Part shown: positions 11,492 through 20,857 of the stretch, in pieces
Position numbering within the stretch: position 1 is the first letter of the stretch
How the letters are laid out: each line of letters starts with the position of its first letter
Assembly: GCA_963833985.1 (NCBI GenBank)
Contig: CAWIAD010000002.1
Span: 928,001-992,000, forward strand
Direction of reading: 5' to 3'
Length of the DNA: 64,000 nucleotides
Origin: an uncultured Planctomycetaceae bacterium
Lineage (GTDB): Bacteria > Planctomycetota > Planctomycetia > Isosphaerales > Isosphaeraceae
Program-made: the position numbers and the translations under genes
Notes under the pieces: model-generated
Seen by the model: only the letters and a program-made list of their open reading frames with translations
The model's database searches: none
Told to the model about the DNA's origin: nothing

Positions 11492-12250
11492 ATGCATATT
11501 CTTCTGACGAATGACGATGGTGTGTTTGCTCCCGGCTTGCGCCCTGAGGAAGGAACTCATGACTCTCGGGGACGTCACGGTGGTGGCGCCTGCATCGAGC
11601 AAAGCGGAGTCGCACATACGATCACCCTGCTCACTCCCCTGGTCATCAAGCAGATTGATGAAGAGGATGGTTCCACTCTGGGGTGGATGGTTGAAGGCTC
11701 ACCGGCGGACAGCGTCAAGCTGGCGATCTGCGAGCTGATGGCCCGGCCTCCCGACCTGATCGTCTCGGGAATCAACTCCGGCTCGAACGCCGGTATCAAC
11801 GTCCTGTACTCAGGAACGGTTGCGGCCGCGATCGAGGGTTCGTTCTTCAAGATCACGAGCATTGCCGTCTCGCTCGAGCTCTCCGAGCATTTCGACTTCC
11901 CGTACGCCGCCAAGCAGGCGGTGCGCGTGATCGAGAAGATCCTGGCCCACAAGCCTCCCAATGGCTCGCTCTTCAATGTGAACCTACCGGCGCACTCTCG
12001 GGGCGAGCCGAAGGGAATCCGCATCGTCCCGATGGGGCTGGGCCGTTACGGCGAAGGCTTCGAGCGCAGGCAGGACCCGCGCGGCCGCACCTATTACTGG
12101 TTGACTTACAATCCTCCCAGCCACATGCGCGGACCGGAGACGGATGTTTCCAGCCTCTGCGAGGGCTACATCACGATCACTCCCTTGCACTTCGACCTCA
12201 CCCGCCACGATCTGCTCGGCGAGGTCAGCCGATGGAAGTGGAGCGACTGA
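11492..12250 (+). CDS. surE: 5'/3'-nucleotidase SurE (compensating frameshifts at ~11540 and ~11598)
   Basis: ILLTNDDG, GSPADSV, SGINSGSNAG, YSGTVAAA. The expected ALRKELMTLGDVTVVAPA segment lies in the alternative frame (ORF 11511..11738). Confidence 0.93.
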   Translation: MHILLTNDDGVFAPGLRPEEGTHDSRGRHGGGACIEQSGVAHTITLLTPLVIKQIDEEDGSTLGWMVEGSPADSVKLAICELMARPPDLIVSGINSGSNAGINVLYSGTVAAAIEGSFFKITSIAVSLELSEHFDFPYAAKQAVRVIEKILAHKPPNGSLFNVNLPAHSRGEPKGIRIVPMGLGRYGEGFERRQDPRGRTYYWLTYNPPSHMRGPETDVSSLCEGYITITPLHFDLTRHDLLGEVSRWKWSD

Positions 12251-12319
12251 GGCCGCCGAGACTCTGAAGTGCATTGAATCATCATTGCCACGCTCTTCGA
12301 GCTCCAGGGGAGAGATACC

Positions 12320-12862
12320 ATGCATTTCAGACTGCAACGAGCCGGTGCGGTTCACGGTCTTCCAAGTCTTCCAAGCCTATCGGTGCTGCTGATCCTGAGT
12401 GGCCTGGCCCTCACCACCGGCTGCGAGGAGGAGCGCAACGTTGGCGGTGCGCCAGGTGGCCAGGTGAAGTCGAGCAAGCCGGCTCCTCCCAAGCCGGAGT
12501 TCATCGTGGGGAAGCGCACGCAGGACGTTCGAAACGCGGGTACCGAAGTCAGCAAGGAAGGCGCCAGGGTCGCCAGCACCAAGATCACCGCGAAAGACCC
12601 GATCACGCTCCAGGGAAACGCCTATGTCACGATGATCGGCCAAACCTCGATTCTGGAGATTCAGCACGCGCTTGATCTCTATCACGCCACCAATGACCGC
12701 TACCCCAAGAACTACGATGAGTTCATGAGCGAGATCATCAAGGCCAACAACATCGCCTTACCGCAGCTTCCCTACTACCAGAAGTACGGCTACGACGAGA
12801 AAGAGCACAAGCTGGTGATCCTCGAGTACGAGGACCTCAAGAACCAGCCGCTGGGGCGATGA
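12320..12862 (+). CDS. Hypothetical lipoprotein
   Basis: RBS GGGGAG, lipobox-like LALTTGC, typical codon usage; C-terminal IQHALDLYHATNDRYP. Confidence 0.75.
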   Translation: MHFRLQRAGAVHGLPSLPSLSVLLILSGLALTTGCEEERNVGGAPGGQVKSSKPAPPKPEFIVGKRTQDVRNAGTEVSKEGARVASTKITAKDPITLQGNAYVTMIGQTSILEIQHALDLYHATNDRYPKNYDEFMSEIIKANNIALPQLPYYQKYGYDEKEHKLVILEYEDLKNQPLGR

Positions 12863-12936
12863 TGATCCATTCAGGAGGCTCGCCCCAGGCTTCGCTGGCC
12901 GTGGTTTGAATCCGCATCACCGGGGCGGCTGCCAGG

Positions 12937-13644
12937 TCAAGGGCGAGATCCCGGTCCTCGCGATGCGTCTGGCGGGCCGTTCGTCGACTCGGTCGGCGCT
13001 GCGGAATCGGGGATCCGGCGCTCGCGCCGACGGCGTTCCTCGGACCCGGAAAATGCGCGTGATCGGGGAATCAGCACGGCACCCTCGCGCATGGAAACCG
13101 GCGTGATCCGGTTCACCTTCCAGACTCCCGGCTCGGTTTCCTGGAACCCCAGCGACCACGTGGAATTGGCGGTTCCCATGGGATACGACGCCTCCGACCT
13201 GTGGAGTTTTCCCTTGGCATAGATCCGGAATTCGGCCTTTCCCCGGCGCGTTTGCCGCCCCGCGCTGATCTGCAAGTCCTGAATGTGAACAAAATCGAAT
13301 GTGGCATGAGACAGATTGTCCTGGATCAGCTCGCGAGTGGCCTCACCCGGCAGTGCGATACCATCCTGGACATACTCCACATCGGGAGTCAGTTGAGCAA
13401 GAACGCCCTCGGGATCGGCCGCCAGTACCGCCCGCCTCAACTCGTAGACCACATTCTCGATCCGCTCGTTGTCAGTCACCCAGACCCGCTCGATGACCAC
13501 AACCGTGAAGGCAAGCCCCAGAAACACCAGTGACGAGAACAGGTACTTTCCCTGCTGCGTGACCTTCAGCGCCATCAAGAAAGCCAGGCCGACCAGGGCC
13601 AGCGAACCAGCCAGGTACCAGGGATCTTCCGAGAGGAACGTCAT
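12937..13644 (-). CDS. Hypothetical protein, two TM helices plus NTF2/SnoaL-like domain
   Basis: Two hydrophobic helices, then VTDNERIE...D.EGVLAQL...F...WKVNRI; RBS GGGGGAG upstream of the ATG at 13644. Confidence 0.7.
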   Translation of the reverse strand: MTFLSEDPWYLAGSLALVGLAFLMALKVTQQGKYLFSSLVFLGLAFTVVVIERVWVTDNERIENVVYELRRAVLAADPEGVLAQLTPDVEYVQDGIALPGEATRELIQDNLSHATFDFVHIQDLQISAGRQTRRGKAEFRIYAKGKLHRSEASYPMGTANSTWSLGFQETEPGVWKVNRITPVSMREGAVLIPRSRAFSGSEERRRRERRIPDSAAPTESTNGPPDASRGPGSRP

Positions 13645-13768
13645 TGAAAACTCTCCCCCGGCGGACCGCCTATGACATTTGTCGCACACAGGACATCATA
13701 CGCGCCCGCAGCGCGACGGGAAGAGGGTTCCTCGCAATTCTGGGGTGTTGCCATTTCGGTAGCCCGAG

Positions 13769-14917
13769 TCATTCGGGCTTGTTCTCCTCGGCACCCTTGG
13801 GCTTCTCGGCCGGTTGATCCGCCTTGGCCTTGGGTGCTTCGGCGGCCTTGGGTTGTTCTTTCTTGGCGGCGGGCCTGTCCGGGCTTCGGGTGTGCGCGAC
13901 GGTCTGGATATCGGAGACGGAGACGGGTGTCAGGTTGTAGCGAGGTTCCCACTCGATGGGCCGCAGCTTGATGGCCGGCTCGAGGAATTTCACGATGGCG
14001 GGCACGACCTTGGGCTCGAGCCGCATCAGTTTGTAGCCGTGGAGCGAGGAGGGAAAGAGCTCGACCTTGTTCATACGCCCCCGCTCCACGGGCCGCTTTG
14101 AGGCTTCCACAGCGTCCTTGGAAGCGTTGTCCCTGGCACCGGCCAGGAGCGCGAGCGGAATCCGCGAGGCCAGCGACGGAATGACCTGTGACAGCACGTA
14201 GCCGGCGCCTTCCGGAAAGGGGGAAAGCAACACCAGCGCATTCAGGTCGCCGGGCCGGCCCTCGGTCGAGACCGACGCCCCCGGCTGATAGGCCCAGGCC
14301 GCGGCAAGGTTGGCGCCCTCGCCCACCGCGATCACGCCCAGCTTGGAGACGTTGAAATCTCCCCTGTTGTGGCGGTCGAGCAAAAAGATGTAAGCCGCTT
14401 GCAGGTCCCGGACCAGCAGGATCCGATCGCTCGAGTTGAGCATTCGCCGCGGATTCTGCCCCTGGCCGCGGAGATCGATGCTGAGGACGGCGTAGCCTTC
14501 ATCCTGCAAGTGCTCGGCCAGCCCCAGTCCCTTGAGCCCCTCCACCTGCTCCTCGAAGTCCTTGCGCGACCGGTTCGCCTCGTGAATGAGCATGACCACC
14601 GGCGCGTTGCCGCCCAGCCGTGAGGGATAGTACGACGCGGCCAGTGGGTTGCCGTCGAATGCATGCAGCCGGAAGGTATAGTGGTAGCTCGCCGGGACAG
14701 CCGCCTTGGCCTTTCCCTTGGCGTCCGCGCCAATTGCCTTGATGAGGGGGTCGCCCGCGTCGGGCCGCACCTTCTTGAGCGGTGCACCTCCCTGGTTGCG
14801 CAGGCGGCCGCGCCGTGGTGCCGGTGGTGCCTGAGCGATCACGCTACCCACGATGATCAGACAGATCATCAACGCCGCCAGCAGCTTGCCAGCCCACCCG
14901 CCGTGCCCGCTTTTCAT
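13769..14917 (-). CDS. Secreted alpha/beta-hydrolase-fold protein with atypical nucleophile elbow
   Basis: Signal peptide; VVMLIH, YAVLSIDLRGQG, LGVIAVGEGANLA, LVLLSP, SSLHG. Confidence 0.8.
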   Translation of the reverse strand: MKSGHGGWAGKLLAALMICLIIVGSVIAQAPPAPRRGRLRNQGGAPLKKVRPDAGDPLIKAIGADAKGKAKAAVPASYHYTFRLHAFDGNPLAASYYPSRLGGNAPVVMLIHEANRSRKDFEEQVEGLKGLGLAEHLQDEGYAVLSIDLRGQGQNPRRMLNSSDRILLVRDLQAAYIFLLDRHNRGDFNVSKLGVIAVGEGANLAAAWAYQPGASVSTEGRPGDLNALVLLSPFPEGAGYVLSQVIPSLASRIPLALLAGARDNASKDAVEASKRPVERGRMNKVELFPSSLHGYKLMRLEPKVVPAIVKFLEPAIKLRPIEWEPRYNLTPVSVSDIQTVAHTRSPDRPAAKKEQPKAAEAPKAKADQPAEKPKGAEENKPE

Positions 14918-15073
14918 CGTCGTGCCATCCTCTTGCCGGGTGTGTGCCGAGCGCCTGAACTTTCTCCTGGGCATCTTCTCTGCCTCATCGTAAAATCAAC
15001 CGCGGTAATGAACAAGTGCGATAAGGCCGGTGCGGCGCTGGACTGGTCCCGGCCGAGCAAGAAGGCGAGCAGC

Positions 15074-16933
15074 ATGACCGAGGGAAACTCACCGCCGGTG
15101 CGGAATCGTCGCGAGTTCTTGCGTGCCGGCACGGCCACGGCGAGCGGACTTATGGGCCTGGCGGGAGGCAAAGGGGCCGGTGCAGCGCAAAGGGAGGGTT
15201 CGGACCAGCAAGAGGCCGACGCGTTTCTGGCCGACTACGGGAAGAACTGGATTCCCCTGGAGACCACGGCGCAGGAGGCCGCATGGGCCGCGGCGACGGA
15301 CGTGACCGAGGCGCATACCGCCGCCCAGGTGGCCGCTATGCAGAAGCTCAACGAGTTCGTTGGCTCGCCCCGCGTGCTCCAGATGGTGGAGAAGCTGCGC
15401 CGAAACCCCCATCTCGACGAGCTTTCACTGCGCCAACTGGAAAAAGTGCGCCTTCGCGCGGCCGAGGCGCCTGGGACCATTCCCCAGGTGGTCAAGGCAC
15501 GCACCGAGGCCGAGGCCAGGCAGTCGGCCATCCAGGACGGCTTCACCTACACCCTCCAGCAGCCAGGGAAACCCGACGAACATCCCTCGGCCAATGACAT
15601 TGATCGAGTCCTCGTGGAGTCGAGAGACCTGGCCAGGCGGCTGGCCTACTGGAAAGTCTCCAAGACGATTGGCGGACCGCTCCGTGACGGCATCCTGAGG
15701 CTTCGCGACCTGCGGAACAAGGTGGCCCGGGCCCTCGGGTTTGGCGACTTCTTCGCGCTCCAGGTCGCCGATTACGGCATGACCTCGCAGCAGATGATCG
15801 ACCTCTGCGAGACGCTGGTCGCCGAGGTCAAGCCGCTCTACAGCCAGTTGCACACCTGGGCCAAGCACACGCTGGCCAGGCGCTACGGTGCCGACGTCCC
15901 CGCCGGCATGATCCCGGCACACTGGCTGCCCAACCGCTGGGGACAGGACTGGCCGGGCCTGGTGGAAGGCGTGGACATGGACGCTTCCTTCAAGGGGAAG
16001 GCCAGGGAATACATCGCCCAGCAGGCCGAGCAATTTTATGTCTCGCTCGGCTTCCCCAGGCTTCCTGCCTCGTTCTGGTCGAAGTCCGACCTTTACCCGG
16101 CAGACCCCGGAAGCGGCCGCAAGAAGAATAGCCACGCCAGCGCCTGGCACATCAACCTGGGCGAAGACGTGCGCAGCCTGATGTCCATCGAGCCCAACAA
16201 TCGCTGGTTCACCACGGCCCACCATGAGCTCGGGCACATCTACTACTTCCTCAGCTATTCCCGGCCGCAGGTGCCGTACCTGCTGCGTGCGGGGGCCAAC
16301 CGGGCGTTTCACGAGGGTGTTGGCGATCTGATCGGCCTGGCGGCCGGCCAGCGCCCGTACCTGAAGTCGGTCGGCCTGCTCACGCGCGAAGCGGAGAGAT
16401 CGGCCGCGACGACGTTCCTGCTCGACACGGCAATTGACGGCGCCTCGGTCGTGTTCCTGCCCTGGTCGGCCGGCACGATGACCCACTTCGAGCGAGACTT
16501 CTACGCGGGCGCGATCGACGATGCCAGGATGAACGCGGCCTGGTGGCAGCGCGTGGGCCGGTTTCAGGGGATTGCAGCGCCGGACGAGCGTCCCGAGACA
16601 CTCTGCGACGCGGCCACCAAGACCCACATCAACGACGACCCGGCCCAGTATTACGACTACGCCATCGGCACGGTCATCAAGTTCCAGCTTCACGATCACA
16701 TCGCCCGCGAGATCCTCAAGCAGGATCCGCGCGCATGCAATTACTACGGCAACGCCAGGGTGGGCGACTTCCTGCGGGGAATCCTCAACCTGGGCGCCAC
16801 GCGCGACTGGAACACGGTCCTCCATGACTTCACGGGCCAGGGGCTGAGCGCTCGCCCGCTGGTCACGTACTTCGAGCCCCTGGTCCAGTGGCTCAAGGAA
16901 GAAAACCTGGAACGGAAGATCGGCTGGGATTGA
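15074..16933 (+). CDS. M2-family peptidyl-dipeptidase A (ACE-like) with Tat signal
   Basis: HHELGH zinc motif, GANRAFHEGVGD, IPAHWL, HASAW; signal NRREFLRAG. Confidence 0.92.
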   Translation: MTEGNSPPVRNRREFLRAGTATASGLMGLAGGKGAGAAQREGSDQQEADAFLADYGKNWIPLETTAQEAAWAAATDVTEAHTAAQVAAMQKLNEFVGSPRVLQMVEKLRRNPHLDELSLRQLEKVRLRAAEAPGTIPQVVKARTEAEARQSAIQDGFTYTLQQPGKPDEHPSANDIDRVLVESRDLARRLAYWKVSKTIGGPLRDGILRLRDLRNKVARALGFGDFFALQVADYGMTSQQMIDLCETLVAEVKPLYSQLHTWAKHTLARRYGADVPAGMIPAHWLPNRWGQDWPGLVEGVDMDASFKGKAREYIAQQAEQFYVSLGFPRLPASFWSKSDLYPADPGSGRKKNSHASAWHINLGEDVRSLMSIEPNNRWFTTAHHELGHIYYFLSYSRPQVPYLLRAGANRAFHEGVGDLIGLAAGQRPYLKSVGLLTREAERSAATTFLLDTAIDGASVVFLPWSAGTMTHFERDFYAGAIDDARMNAAWWQRVGRFQGIAAPDERPETLCDAATKTHINDDPAQYYDYAIGTVIKFQLHDHIAREILKQDPRACNYYGNARVGDFLRGILNLGATRDWNTVLHDFTGQGLSARPLVTYFEPLVQWLKEENLERKIGWD

Positions 16934-16939
16934 GCCCGC

Positions 16940-16968
16940 TCAATATCGATATTGACTGTGAATATGAT
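16940..16968 (+). promoter_or_regulatory. Perfect 16-bp palindrome TCAATATCGATATTGA plus TATGAT -10-like hexamer (candidate operator/promoter)
   Basis: Palindrome at 16940-16955 and TATGAT at 16963-16968, in an AT-rich patch between the peptidase and FGE genes. Confidence 0.5.
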
Positions 16969-18134
16969 GATCAAACTAAGAGCACTCGATTATGGAATGA
17001 TGCTTCTACTGGCGGCAGCCGCATTCGGCGGCACGTATCTGGCCACCCGATCGGCGCAGGGCGAGAAACGCCAGACCAGCACTCAGGACAGGCCAGCGAC
17101 CACAACCAACCAACGCGGCTCCCTCATTGCGGAGCCGGAGAACCTCCCCACGGAGGCGCCGCCCGGCATGGTCTGGGTTCCCGGCGGCGAGTTCCAGATG
17201 GGGACCGACGATCCGCAAGCCAACCCGGCGGAACGGCCGGCGCACCGGGTCCGCGTTGCTGGCTTCTGGATCGACCAGACCGAGGTGACCAACGCCCAGT
17301 TCCGCCGGTTTGTCGATGCCACAGGCTACAAGACCACGGCAGAGCGGCCCATCGACTGGGAGCAGCTCAGGACACAGGTGCCTCCTGGAACCCCCAGGCC
17401 GCCCGATGAGCAGCTTGTACCCGGCTCGCTCGTCTTCTCTCCGCCGGATCGTCCCGTTCCGCTCGACGACATCACCAACTGGTGGAAATGGGTCCCCGGC
17501 GCAAACTGGCGCCAGCCGGACGGTCCGGGAAGTTCGAGCACGGGCAAGGACAGTTACCCAGTGGTACACGTCTCGTACGATGACGCCGTCGCCTATGCCC
17601 GCTGGGCGCACAAGCGGCTGCCCACGGAAGCCGAATGGGAATATGCCAGCCGCGGGGGGCTGGAGGGAAAACCCTATGCCTGGGGCGATGACTTCAAGCC
17701 CGCGGGCCAGTACCTGGCGAACACCTGGCAGGGCCATTTCCCCGAGCGGAACGAGGATGGCGACGGCTATCCCCGGCTCGCGCCCGTGAAATCGTTTCCT
17801 CCCAACGGTTATGGTCTCCACGACATGATCGGCAACGTCTGGGAGTGGTGCTCCGACTGGTACCGGCCCGATACCTATCGGCTCGATGCCAGTCCCGGGC
17901 CGGCGATCAATCCCGGGGGCCCGTCGCGAAGCTATGACCCGGACGAGCCCTTTCAGCCGAAGCGCAGTCACGCGCGGGGGTTCGTTTCTGTGCAGCTCCA
18001 ACTACTGCACGAACTATCGCCCCAGCGCCCGGCGCGGCACGGCGACCGACTCCGGGATGTCGCATCTGGGCTTCCGTTGCGTGCGTGATCCTTCCATGCA
18101 GACGCCCAGCCAGCCGCCGCCGAACCAGAAATAA
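16964..18134 (+). CDS. Formylglycine-generating enzyme (SUMF1/FGE-sulfatase) family protein (frameshift at ~17965)
   Basis: GGEFQMG, TEVTNAQF, YPVVHVS, RLPTEAEWEYA, GNVWEW, then RGGSFLCSSNYCTNYRPSAR and HLGFRCV in ORF 17886..18134. Start could be ~16998. Confidence 0.9.
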
Positions 18135-18150
18135 GTAGGAAAACCCTTGC

Positions 18151-19044
18151 ATGTCCGAGCAGCCTGCTGGCTCGATGCCGGTTCCCCCCCTGGTTCCGCT
18201 CTCATGCCGGGTTTCACTTCCCGTCTGGCAAGCCCTCGAGAAACGCCGCCAGGCCACGGGTGAGTCGGTGGAGCATATCATCCGCTCCGCGCTGGCGGAT
18301 TACCTTCAAGTCTCGCAGAGCACCCTGTTCCAGATCTCCACGACCGGAGCCCTGGTGGAAGGGATTTCTCGCGGCGAGGTCACCGTGGCCACGCTGCGCG
18401 AGCACGGAGACCTGGGACTGGGGACATTCGACAGTCTTGACGGCGAGATGGTCGTCGTGGATGGACGGTTCTACCAGGTACGTTCCGATGGTACGGTGCA
18501 CGAGGTGGCCGACGAGGTGCACACTCCGTACGCGGTCATCACCAAGTTTGACCCTGAGCCCGCCGTCGCGATCGGGGACTGCCGGCACGTCGGTGAGCTT
18601 CATCAGCGGCTCGACCGCCTGCGCACGTCGGACAATCTCTTCTACGCATTTCGGATTGATGGCACATTCGACTGGGTGCAAACCCGGGCCGTCGCCCGGA
18701 CGTCGGAGGGAGTTCCGCTCGTCGATGCCACAGCGTGCCAGCCTGAATTCCAGCTTCGTGACGTCCGCGGCACGCTCGTCGGCTTCTACTCGCCCCCTTA
18801 CGTCAAGTCGCTGACGGTGCCCGGTTATCACCTGCACTTCCTGACGGACGACCGTACGGCTGGCGGTCACTTGCTTGACTGTGCGGGCCGTGACCTGGTG
18901 GTGCGGTTCGAGCGTGAGGCGAATTTCCGGCTCTCGCTGCCAGTGACCCAGTCCTTCCTGGAAGCCGACCTGAGCCGTGATTCCACTGCCGAGCTGATGC
19001 GAGCAGAAACGTCCGCGCAACCCCGGAGCAAGACCCAGCCATGA
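18151..19044 (+). CDS. budA: Alpha-acetolactate decarboxylase with N-terminal RHH-like extension
   Basis: LFQIST.GAL.EG, HGDLGLGTFDSLDGEM, GTLVGF, GYHLHF and GGHLLD metal ligands. Confidence 0.92.
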   Translation: MSEQPAGSMPVPPLVPLSCRVSLPVWQALEKRRQATGESVEHIIRSALADYLQVSQSTLFQISTTGALVEGISRGEVTVATLREHGDLGLGTFDSLDGEMVVVDGRFYQVRSDGTVHEVADEVHTPYAVITKFDPEPAVAIGDCRHVGELHQRLDRLRTSDNLFYAFRIDGTFDWVQTRAVARTSEGVPLVDATACQPEFQLRDVRGTLVGFYSPPYVKSLTVPGYHLHFLTDDRTAGGHLLDCAGRDLVVRFEREANFRLSLPVTQSFLEADLSRDSTAELMRAETSAQPRSKTQP

Positions 19045-20694
19045 CCGAGCCATCCGGCGCCGCGCTCCTGGTCCAGCACCTGGAAGCCCAGGGCGTGGAG
19101 CACATCTTCACGATTCCGGGGGCCAAGATCGATCGCGTGCTCGACGCGCTGGTTGAGTCGCGGTGCCGGGTGACCGTCTGCCGGCACGAGCAGAACGCGG
19201 CCCTGATTGCCGCGGGAATTGGCCGCATGACCGGGAAGGCCGGGGTTTGCCTGGTAACCTCCGGTCCTGGCTGCTCGAACCTGGTCACCGGGCTGGCGAC
19301 CGCAACTTCCGAAGGCGACCCGGTCGTGGCACTCGGAGGCGCGGTGCCCGTGGCGTCCCGGCACAAGCTGACCCACCAGACCCTCGATACCGTCAGCCTG
19401 TTCCGGCCCGTCACCAAGTTGAGCATCGAGATCGATTCGGGCCAGGCGATCTCGGAAGTTCTCTCCAGTGCCTTTCGTGCCGCCGAGTCCGGCAGGCCCG
19501 GTGCGGCGTTCGTCAGTCTGCCCGCCGACGTGATGAACGGCCCGACCCGGGCTGCCCTGCTCGCCCCCGCCCATCCGGCCCGGCTGGGACCCGGAGATCC
19601 CGAGACCATCCGGGAGGCTGCCCGCCTGATCGACCAGGCGCGCTGTCCCGTCTTGCTGCTCGGCATGCTTGCCAGCGAACCGAAGAACGCCGCGGCCGTT
19701 CGCCGGTTGCTGGCGGCGACGCCCCTGCCGGTCGTGTGCACCTTCCAGGGTGCGGGAGTGATTCGCGCGAGCTGCTTTCTTGCTTCGCCGGCAGAGTCGG
19801 CTTGTTCCACAACACACCGGGCGACCAGCTTCTGGATGCCAGCGACCTGGTGATCACCGTGGGCTTCAACCCGATCGAGTATGACCCCGACGCCTGGAAC
19901 CGTGGCAATCCCCGACCCATCGTGCACCTCGACGTCCTTGCCGCCGAGATCGACGCCGAATATCGCCCCAGCGTGGAGATCATCGGCGACATTGCGGACT
20001 CGCTCGATGCGCTTCGGCGCAGATCCACCCGGCGATTCGCCTGGAGACGCTGGACGTGCTGAGCGAGGTCTCCCGCAGCCTGGCGGCGATCAAGGAGCAG
20101 GGGTCTGCGCGCTCCGGCATGCCCGTTCATCCGCTCCGCCTGATCCATGAGCTCCAGAGCCTGGTCAGCGACGACATGACGGTGATCTGCGACGTCGGGT
20201 CGATTTACATCTGGATGTGCCGCTACTTTTACATGTTTCAGCCCCGCCGGTTCCTTGCCAGTAACGGCCAGCAGACCATGGGCGTGGCCCTCCCCTGGGC
20301 CATCGCGGCCTGCCTGGTGCGGCCGGGCGAGAAGGTCATCTCGATGTCGGGCGACGGCGCCTTCCTGATGAGCGCCATGGAGCTGGAGACGGCCGTTCGC
20401 CTGCAATGCCACTTCGTGCACCTGGTCTGGCGCGACGGGTTTTACGACATGGTGCGGATCCAGCAGCAGGCGAAATACGGGCGCGAGACCGCGGTGGCCC
20501 TGGGGCCCGTCGACGTGGTGCAATACGCCGAAGCGTTCGGCGCGACCGGGCTGGCCATCCACTCCAGTGACGACATCGGGCCAACGCTGCGCAGGGCCCT
20601 GGAGACTCCCGGTCCCGTGCTGATCGACGTGCCCATCGACTATCGCGAGAATTCCGGCCTGATCCAGGCCGTTCGCGGTGACGTCGTGAGTTGA
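19041..20694 (+). CDS. alsS: Catabolic acetolactate synthase AlsS/BudB (frameshifts at ~19770 and ~20030)
   Basis: IPGAKID, CRHEQNAA, TSGPGCSNLVTG, GFNPIEYDP, SNGQQTMGVALPW, TPP motif GDGAF. ATG overlaps the budA stop. Confidence 0.92.
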
Positions 20695-20857
20695 TCGCCC
20701 GTACGACTGCTACAACCCGCTTCACTCCTACCCGGTGGGCTGCGGCGCATGACGCATGCTGATAGCAGGGCCCTGGTCCGTCCGATCGACACTCATGGAC
20801 CCGGAGAGACCGAGCGGCCAGGATCGGCCGGCGGTCGGATGACCGTCCAGGAGGGAC

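Noticed and set aside
11540..11600. Programmed frameshifting in surE (and in dnaA)
   Set aside because: No slippery heptamer or stimulatory structure seen; it matches the window-wide indel pattern.
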